DNA from: Eledone cirrhosa
Taxonomy: Eukaryota
Assembly (NCBI GenBank): GCA_964016885.1
Contig: CAXHJY010000644.1
Span: 141,549-205,548, forward strand
Reading direction: 5' to 3'
DNA: 64,000 bases
This document shows, in pieces, positions 14,268-24,600 of the stretch (positions are counted from its first letter, which is position 1; every line of letters starts with the position of its first letter). Under the pieces are notes generated by a model. That model was not told where the DNA came from. It ran no database searches and worked only from the letters and a program-made list of their open reading frames with translations. Made by a program: the position numbers and the translations under genes.

Positions 14268-16172
14268 TTGAAAGATCACAAATCTAACTTTAACTCTAAT
14301 CCTTCTATTAGACTTATATGTCCCTCCAAATCAGATATTGGAATAATTAGCAAAAAAATTTTAGATAGAGTCATCCCACAAATAAGAAAATACGTTATTT
14401 TACCACTCTGGGAAAACACCTCCCAGGTAATTAATTGGTTTAAAAATATTAGGTGTAAATCTTCTGCTTCTTTCCTACAATTTGATATAGATAATTACTA
14501 TTCTTCTATATCACCCATACTCCTGAACAAAGCATTAATATTTGCTAAAAATAGATCTAATTTAACTTCGGATGACATTAACATTATTACACATGCTAGA
14601 CAAACACTTATTGAATTTCAGAATGAATACTGGACCAGAAACACTTACAGTAATCTTTTTGATATTACTATGGGTTCAAGCGATTCCGCCCAAATTACTG
14701 ATCTTGTGGGCCTCTTTCTCCTTTTCAACATAAATGCCTCTTTTCCCCACCTCAAAGGTGGTTTATATCGTGATGACTGTCTTCTTCTTTCTAACAACCT
14801 TAGCCTTTCAGAAATCGAAAAAAACAAAAAGCATATTAGAACTTTTCTTAAAGACTATTATAATCTTAATATTACTTTTGAAAAAACAAGTAAAGTAGTA
14901 AATTTCCTAGATATAACTTTAGATTTAGCTACGGGTATATACCAACCTTACCATAAACCTAACCAAAACTTACATTACATACACTCACAATCTAATCACC
15001 CTAAATCTATCCTTAAAAACCTTGCATATAATATATCACTTAGAATTTCTAACCTTTCTTCTAACCAAGATGTATTTGATAAAAATGCGACCTTTTATAA
15101 TGAAGCTCTAGATAGAAGTGGCCACAAAAATAGATTAGAGTATATACCTTCTACTAAAAATACTGAAAGCATACAGCATAATATTACCAACAAACACCAA
15201 ATGAAAAGTACACACCTAAATGCCACCCACAGTATACCCCAAAATACTAAATCTTCTAATATAAAGTATACTAACCCTCAAAAAACTACTCATCATACGA
15301 CTATAATAAATATTAATAATAAAACTCCTAATAAAAAAGATAAAACACCTAAATCTACAAATATAACTAAAAATAGTTGTGGTGAGATCATTAACATTAA
15401 TCCTCCTAGTAAAAATCATGATACAACATATAAAAATAATAAAAATAATAAACAACATAGAAACCGTAATAGACGAGTTACTTGGTATAATGCTCCTTTT
15501 AATTTACAAGTTAAGGATAATATTGCTAAAAAATTTTTTTATATCCTTGAGAAAAACTTCCCGCCAAACCACAAATACCATCAAATCTTAAATAGGTCTA
15601 CAGTTAAATTCTCATACTCTACAACAAATAACATAAAACAAAATATAAGTGCATATAATGCATATAAATGTAAGAAAACCATAAGTATACCACCAGTACA
15701 TCAAATTAACAATAATATCTCCTCAAATACAGAATTAACGAAAGGATGTAACTGTAGAAACAAAACAAACTGCCCATTAAAAGGGAATTGTCTTGTTAAC
15801 AACATAGTCTATAAATGTAATGTTAAAACTAAAGACTCTATTTGCTCATATATAGGAGCTACCTCTAACAATTTTAAGACAAGGTATAATACCCACAAAC
15901 ATAGCTTTAAAAATGCCGCACTGGCTAATACAACATCTCTAGCAGAAAAAATCAATAGTTATAAAAATAAAAATATAAAATATGATTTGACCTGGAGTGT
16001 GCTCAAAAGAGCCACCCCTTATCAAAATAATAGAAAGGAATGTAGATTATGTTCCCAAGAACTATTTGAAATAATGAAGTCTAGGGATATCTTATTAAAT
16101 AAAAGACAGGAATTAATTATATCGTGTAATCATAAACTAAAAAAAACATTTAAATATTATAAACCTAATTAA
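14268..16172 (+). CDS. PLE polyprotein: reverse transcriptase + C-terminal GIY-YIG endonuclease (5'-truncated, frame open)
   Basis: LKDHK..F...RLI.P.KS, FDI..YY.SI, FDITMGSSDSAQ, GGLYRDD, NFLDITLDL, CNCRNKTNCPLKGNC, VYKC..YIG.T, CRLC, C.H. The first ~24 aa of the track ORF are microsatellite. Confidence 0.9.
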   Translation: MKDHKSNFNSNPSIRLICPSKSDIGIISKKILDRVIPQIRKYVILPLWENTSQVINWFKNIRCKSSASFLQFDIDNYYSSISPILLNKALIFAKNRSNLTSDDINIITHARQTLIEFQNEYWTRNTYSNLFDITMGSSDSAQITDLVGLFLLFNINASFPHLKGGLYRDDCLLLSNNLSLSEIEKNKKHIRTFLKDYYNLNITFEKTSKVVNFLDITLDLATGIYQPYHKPNQNLHYIHSQSNHPKSILKNLAYNISLRISNLSSNQDVFDKNATFYNEALDRSGHKNRLEYIPSTKNTESIQHNITNKHQMKSTHLNATHSIPQNTKSSNIKYTNPQKTTHHTTIININNKTPNKKDKTPKSTNITKNSCGEIININPPSKNHDTTYKNNKNNKQHRNRNRRVTWYNAPFNLQVKDNIAKKFFYILEKNFPPNHKYHQILNRSTVKFSYSTTNNIKQNISAYNAYKCKKTISIPPVHQINNNISSNTELTKGCNCRNKTNCPLKGNCLVNNIVYKCNVKTKDSICSYIGATSNNFKTRYNTHKHSFKNAALANTTSLAEKINSYKNKNIKYDLTWSVLKRATPYQNNRKECRLCSQELFEIMKSRDILLNKRQELIISCNHKLKKTFKYYKPN

Positions 16173-18385
16173 TAACATTATTCTAGAATTTAATTTAATT
16201 TAAATGTTAGTTAACCTATAAATTTAATTTAATTAATATTTTATTACAGATGAGAAAATATTATGTAATCATAAATTTTGAAAAACCTTTAAATATTACT
16301 AATATATACTCAGTAATTTAATTTATAGATTAATTTTAATTTATTTTAACCTTTTACTATAAATTTTTTTTTATTATTATAATTCTTTTACAGATAAAAT
16401 ATAACAAAATAATATCATGTATCCTATGACGGAGAAAGAATTTTTAGTATTATAGACCTAATTAATATACATTTTGGAAATATATTTATTATTTGGTTTT
16501 AGTTTTAATCAACCTAAAACTTTAATTTTAATTTGCTTAAAATTAGTATCCTTGTATAGATGAATTGCAGAATGTCATGTAATCATAGAATGGGATGTGT
16601 TTTGGATATATACCTAGTTAATATATTCTGTGCAATTTTTTGAAAAAGATATGTATATCTATATGTATATGTATATGTGTGTATTGTATGTGTATCTATA
16701 TGTATATTTATGTGACTATATATGTATGTGTGTGTATATATATGTATATATATATATATATATGTGTGTATATGTATATATATGTATATGTGTATGTATA
16801 TGTATATGTATGCGTATTAATTTTGATTTTTATTTGCATATAATTATATTATGCTATTGATGAAATATAATATCTGCTTTATGTATTGTATACCTAATTA
16901 ACATATACTAATTAACGTATACTATTGAAATAAATATATAATTTTTAATTTAGTTAACATATAATTTATATGCTACTACCGATGTAATACTTTATTTTAT
17001 TTTTATTTGGGTTTCTTTTCCCTATTACTAAATTCATCTCCTAATATTGATACCATAACGTTATTAACTTTAATTTAGTTATAATGTAATTAATAATCTA
17101 CTACTGTTTGACTTCATAATTTTGCTTCAAATATTATAAACCTAACTAATTTACACCTTGGAAATCAATATGTTGACTATCTTTGGTTTAGTTAACATAT
17201 GATTAATGGTATACTTTTTTATTTTGGGATGCATAGATTTCGTATTTCCTAGCACTGAAAATATGTAAGAACATACATTGAATTAAGATACGGAAAATAT
17301 TATATGTTTCTTGAAACATATATTTAATTTGATCCCCTTCTCCAAACCCCCCCTTTCCCCCATACTATTATCATCTGTTTTTGTAAGAGTATATGTATGA
17401 ATATATGTGTAGGTGGGTGTCTATATATGTTTTGGTATTTATTTCTAAATACAAAAATACATATATGAGCATGTAAATATGAATGTAAGATTGAGTGTAT
17501 ATATATGATTGTACATACATATGTATGTATATATATGTATATATATGTATTATATATGTATGTGTATGTGAATGTGTGGTATGTATATGTGTATGTATAT
17601 GTATATATGTGTATGTATGTGTATGCTTGTATATAGGAATATATATATGTGTATATATGTATATATATGTATATGCGTGGTTGTATGTAAGTGTATATGG
17701 GTTCTGTATATATTCGTATGTCTCTCTATTTATATGTTTATCTTCATATCTATGTGATATATGTGTGTGTGTGTGCATATATGCATATGTATGTGTTTGT
17801 GTGTGTTTGTATGTGTGTGTGTGTATATATATATGTATTTGCGCACACTCACATACACATATATATATATATGTATATGTGAGTGTGTATGTGTGTCTGT
17901 GTGTGTGTGTGTGTGTGTATGTGTATATATGTGTGTATGTATATGTATGTATGTATGTGTATATATATAGATATATATATATATATATATATATACATAT
18001 GAGTATATGGGTATCTATGTGTGAATATATGTCTTTATTCGTACGTGTGTATTTATGTATGTATATGTTTAGGTGTATGTATGTAAGTGTATGTATGTGT
18101 GTGTATATATATATGTATATGTATATATGTATATGTGTGTATATATGTATATATATATATATATATATATTATTCTTTATTATTATTGTAATATAACTTA
18201 TGTGTATATGTGTATAAGTGAGGTTGTGTATGTATATATACTATGTGTATATGTAAGAGTAATGAAATATATATATATATGTGTGTGTATATATGTGCAT
18301 GTCTGTTTTTTATGTGTGTGTATATATATATGTGTATGTGTATATATGTGTATGTATGTATATATATGTGTACGTGTGTGTATGT

Positions 18386-18419
<34 letters not shown>

Positions 18420-18534
18420 GTGGGTGTTTGTATGTATATTTATGGTGGTATGAGTGTGGGGATATATATGTTTGTATATATATATGTATATGTGTATATA
18501 TATATATATATATGAGTCTATGTGTGTGTGTATA

Positions 18535-18577
<43 letters not shown>

Positions 18578-19351
18578 ATGTGTGTATGTGTTGCGCGTGA
18601 GTGTGTGTGTATTTATATCTTTTTATATGTGTATGTATATGTTCGTGTAAATGTATGTGTGTGTATGACAGTATAGGTATGTGTGTATGTATGTATGTGT
18701 AGATATCTCTATGTGCGCGTACATGTATGTATGTGTATGTATATCTGTATGTGTATGTACATTTATTATATTTTATTGTTTTTATTTTTATTATTATTTT
18801 TTTATTTTTCTTAATTTATAGATACATTTATTTTAGGCTGTCTGGTCTGACAATCTAATACTGACCCCTCCCCCCCCCTCCCACCTTATTTCTGTATCTT
18901 GATCTTGAAATGTGTGTACCAGTGTTTTTATGTGAGTGACTTAATTTCTATTTGCTTATGATTTTATATCCACATATATAAATGTGAGTGGGGGAGTGTG
19001 TGTGTTTGTATGTTCGTGGTTATGTGTATATTTATGCATATACGCACATGTATATGTGATTATACTGATATGTGTGAGTATGAAAAAAATATATTTATAT
19101 GCTTGACTCCATAAGTATCTTTGCGTATCTTATCAGCGCATTAAGCTTACAGAGATATTAACCTTGAAATTTTGTGTTTACATCCATCTTTTTAGTATAC
19201 ACATACAAATTATACACACATTATTGTAAAATATGTGTAAGGTTTTTGCATGTATATACACACACCAAACTGCTTTTTACCTTTTGTGTTTTCATTGGTC
19301 AATTTTGAACTGACATTTTGAATTGTTGTTATTATCAATAAATATACTTCA

Positions 19352-19498
19352 TTATTTCTGAAGACGGCGTATATATGAGTTAGGTATGTATATTTAATCT
19401 TGATAATTTGTATAATTTTGTATAATTTTGTACATAGATCTGTTAAATATGCATACCAATTATAACACATATATGCCCTAGAAACGATCGTTAAATAG
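19352..19498 (+). ncRNA. Type I hammerhead-like motif with ~115-nt stem II region
   Basis: TTATTT-CTGAAGA-c-GGCGTATA...TATATGCC-cta-GAAA-CGATCG-TT-AAATAG, with palindromic loop III. Confidence 0.6.
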
Positions 19499-19687
19499 TG
19501 AACTTTTTTTGTTTAATATAAGGAATTGTTTGTTCATTATTTGTTTAATATTTTATCTTGACTCTGTATACCGTTTATCTTTCACCGAAAGTGGATTTTC
19601 ATTACATCTCTTCTTTCCATGATATCCGGAATACATTGAGTTCTTCATACGGATTGGACACTACCGTAAACTCTTGATAGATTTATC

Positions 19688-19821
<134 letters not shown>

Positions 19822-19870
19822 CGTGTATGCATTATATATATATATATATACATATATGTGTGTATGTATG

Positions 19871-19901
<31 letters not shown>

Positions 19902-20339
19902 TACATATATATATATACATACACACATATATATATATACATACATACATATATATATATATACATACATACATACACATATATATCCATACACACACAT
20001 ATATATATATACATACATACATACACATATATATCCATACACACATACATACACATATATATCCATACACACATATATATATACATACACACATACACAT
20101 ATATATCCATACACACATATATATATATATATACATACACACATACACATATATATCCATACACACATATATATATATATACATACACACATACACATAT
20201 ATATCCATACACACATATATATATATATACATACACACATATATATATATATACATACACACATACACATATATATCCATACACACATATATATATATAT
20301 ACATACACACACACATATATATATATGTGTGTGTGTATG

Positions 20340-20513
20340 TAAATGAGGTTGGTGTTAGGAAGGGCATCCAGCTGTAGAAATCAAGCCAGATCAGTTCCTG
20401 TATGAGCAAGGCATGGTCAGCCGACCAGACACTGCCCACAACAGGACAACCCGTCTAACCCATGCTAGCGTGGAAGAACGGACGTAAAACGGTGATGATG
20501 ATGATGATGATGA
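20340..20513 (+). mobile_element. RTE-related short non-autonomous element
   Basis: GGTGTTAGGAAGGGCATCCA is shared with the RTE 5' region at ~44270 and with 54820. The 3' end CGGACGTAAA + (TGA)n matches the RTE tail at 47430-47468. Confidence 0.75.
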
Positions 20514-20520
20514 TATACAT

Positions 20521-20554
<34 letters not shown>

Positions 20555-20558
20555 ACAT

Positions 20559-20659
<101 letters not shown>

Positions 20660-20670
20660 CATACATACAC

Positions 20671-20701
<31 letters not shown>

Positions 20702-21688
20702 CATACACACATATATACTAGACATGAAAAATGCGCAAGCTCAAAAGTGCCACAGAATGTTATAATAAACCTTCAAAAGTGTGGGACTAGAGTTGTTGCT
20801 AAAAAATATTGTAATCATTATATATCGTACATTCTGTGGCATCCTTTATAAAAATAGCTTAAACCAACGAAGCCTTTATTTTTACGCTATTTCACTTAGT
20901 TAATATAATGCAGATATATAATTTTAGTCAGCCATATTAATCCAAAGTATCAGAGGATTTTTGTGTTGCTAAAAAAGGCACAAAAATAGTGTATGTATTT
21001 TCACATAAAAGGCTTTACCTTATATAATTATCTCATATAATATTGAATCTACGAGAGTTTTATGTTATTTGTTTTGAGAAAAATACCTTACTATCAGTAT
21101 GAGTGGCTAATTATGGCCAGTTTGAATAGAAAGAGGCGAGAGAATTATGGTCGGATATGGTCTCTTTAAATGCTAAAGCGCTAGAGAGTTTCTGGTACAA
21201 AAATTAATACAGGAATTTAAAATATAATACAACATTGAAAGTAGTTGATATAATGGATAAAAAATAAAAGATTTATAAAATTAGATAATAATAGATAAAA
21301 ATATGCTTAATTTAAGATAAAATATTGATAAAATTATAATACATAAAAATTGATATCATACGGAGAGTATAGTTCAGTGACAAAATGGTCACACGAATAT
21401 GGTTGAGTGACATGTGTTTTCAATATTATATCTCAAAAGGCCATAGTAGCTGCAAACCAATTTCACAATTTCCCGAGGGTAAAAAAAACAGCAGACATTC
21501 ACCATGAAGATAATATATCTCAATGGTGGGACTGGATTCATATTCTAATAAATTCAGAAATGCCCTAAAGAAATAGAAACAAAGCAATAGTTAGAGATAA
21601 CAAGACATCTCTCAACCTCTGTTACTTTTTCTTAGGATCAAGCAAATTTTTCCAAAAATGCTTGCTGCTGTACATTGGCGGTGAAAGT

Positions 21689-24600
21689 TCAATTCAACTT
21701 TTCTAAAAACAACAGGTAGTTGTTAAGCAGTTTCGACGGGAAACCTATATACTGCTTGGAAAAAACGGCATCGTTAATAATGTCCCATCTGTCCTGATTG
21801 CGGACGATGCTGGTGTAGTGCCCGGAGTCTGCACTAGCCAGTGAATGCAAGACGGAGCCGATTAGTCGGAATTTTTGGCCGTAAATGCTCTGCTTGTTCG
21901 GAGAGAAATTCATCAACTCAGAATCAATTCTGATCATCTGATTGTTTGTATATTCGAATCTATTCAAATAAACAACCAAGTAACGCATTGTGTTTGGAAA
22001 TACATGGTTAACTGTACCAAAGTGCTCGGTGTCAATGCCACACAGATCGCATCTCTTAATGAGCGAAACATCAGTTTTGAGCAAGCTTTTGAATTGCTGC
22101 CGACCATTAACAGGCTGCAACGTCAGATCAGACTTGACATCAGTTATATATGTGCAAGTGCCACAGCCGTTGATCGATGCACAATAACATTCATCATTGT
22201 GCAATCTGGGGCAATTGTGCTCGTGTTTTCTAGTGCAGCTGAGCCAAGTATTTTCCTCAAAGGTGAATAGTTGTTTAATTTTTTTAGAGAACAACTGATA
22301 AATGTGCTTCCAAAAATCGTGCGCACACTGTTGGGTACCATTATTAAACCTGCCACCGAGAATATTTCTCAAATTTGCGACCGATTTAGTTCCAGATGAC
22401 GATATAATATCGCTAATTTCACGAATAGCAACATCATCAGTGGACTGAATGTGTTCAACCAACAACACCAGCTGGCGTATAACTTGCATGGTGCTGTTTA
22501 CAAAGCAAGCATTTCTCTCATTGATCAGCGAAATGTACGGCTTTGCAACCGTTTTCTCAGTTCTGGCCTTTTTTGGATTCGCCAAGTTGACCATTCCACT
22601 GTCAATATTAATAGCAAATTTACTTTTTTTAGTTGCTTTTTTGGCCTGTCCAATACTGTTGGGCCTCACGTTACACAATGGAAGCGGTCCCATATTAATG
22701 GTCTCTCTCAAATAATTGTATTCTCTCCAAGCACTAGAGTCGCACATGATCAAACTCGTTGGATCAAGATCAATCAAGTAAACATTGCACAGTTTGCGGG
22801 CTCTAGACAAGGCTACATAGGCCATACCGTCTGCAAAAACGCCAGTGCCCAAATCAACAACGACTCCATCGACACTTATTCCCTGTGATTTGTGGATGGA
22901 AATTGCATATGCAATGCACAAGGGATATTGTTCTCTAGTGATAAAAACACTAGGAGACAATTCGTAATCGGCTTTGACACGTTTGATGGCAACAATTTGG
23001 TTTGTACTCTCAAAGAGAACGTCAATGGAAGTAATTTTTCCAAACTCATAATTGAGTTGCTTTACAGTTCCCATTGCACCATTGCACAAGCCTTTCTCAA
23101 GATCGATGTTGCGTTTAAGCATAACTCGAGCATTAACGCCAACTTTAAGAACAGTTTCAAGGCCAGCAGTATCAGAAGTCTTTTTAGTGGTCAGCTTTTT
23201 TCTTATTGTTTTCTTTTGACATTTGGTTTGCCTCATATTCGAATCAATAGCCATAAGTTCAACGGTATTAATGCCAAGTTTATTGAGCATTGCAGCGTTA
23301 AACTTTTCTACTGACTCGTTTAGAGGCATGATACAGACGATACTCAAATTAGAAGTCTGTATCAGCTCACACATTTTGTAAGCAACCTGATCAATGGAAG
23401 CTTTGCCGTTGAGATCAATTCTATGCTTATTTAGAATTTCAATATCTGAATCAAGTGGTGAACCCAGCCTTATTCGGCCGAGCATGTCAACATAATTATC
23501 CAAGTCTTCTTTCTGACGCATGTTGACTGTCAACTCGTCGTACTTGAAGTACCTCCACAAATGGTGGCTGCTGACGCCTATGCATGATCTTTGTGCATCT
23601 TGGTGAGTAACTTTGTTAAACACCGGCTTTTCTCTAACAGGCGGTAATTGAAGCAAATCTCCAAAAACAACAATGTTCATTCGCCCGAAAGGAGAAATGC
23701 CTTGGGCAAAGTCACAAAACAATTGGCACAATCTCAAGTGAATGAATGCCAACTGCAAATGACTGACCATGCTAATCTCATCGATTATGATCAGTCGGAC
23801 ATATTGAAGCCCCATCCTCAGCATTTTCAAAAAGTCCTTTGGTAGATCATCGTACACGGGAGTTTTACCGTGCTGCACTTTGAGCTTTAGCATTCGATGA
23901 ACAGTCATGCCGTTGAGTTGGAAAGCAGCCATTCCTGTGGGTGCCGATATCACTACGCTCGGGCCATTGTCATTTGGATACATGTACTGAATTTTATCAG
24001 CCAGTACATTTATCAAAAAACTCTTGCCTGTGCCACCAACACCTGAAACAAATTTCAAGACTTGTGGACAATCATCGCAACTACATCTCGGATAAGGTTT
24101 GCTGTTGTCCCAATGTTTGTCTTGTTTGTCAATACCGGCAACGATATCGTCATAAATTTTTCTTTGCACTTCATTCAGTTTATTTTCTTTATGCCTCAGT
24201 GCATCCTCATTGACATCTCTCATGCAAGGCAAATCGACATTAGCATCATCAACTGCCAACGCCTCCATGTGATCACCGCAAGAATGGTCATCATTATCAT
24301 GAGACTGAGGTTCGTTTTGAATATGTTTGGCTTGTTCCAGCGCATTCTCCAAACGTTTGCGCACATTCTGGAACCTGACCATTTCAGATAAATGGTTTGC
24401 ACACTGTTCAAAAGACTCTTTATAAGTCTCACAACCTCCCAGCAAGTCTTTTTCCTCGTCTCGCCAAGGTTTAAAGAGCATAAGCAGGTTGTGGTGATAG
24501 CGCTCACAGGTATCTGCAGTCAATCTAATGTTTGGCGACTTCACAATCCGCTCTTTCACAGATTTGAAATAGCCAAGATTATTTCTCAACCTGAAGTCGT

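Noticed and set aside
21689-22540. Host USP gene or retrocopy next to a transposon
   Set aside because: It is in frame with RepHel with no stop, lies inside the element termini and is strongly diverged from typical host USP boxes.
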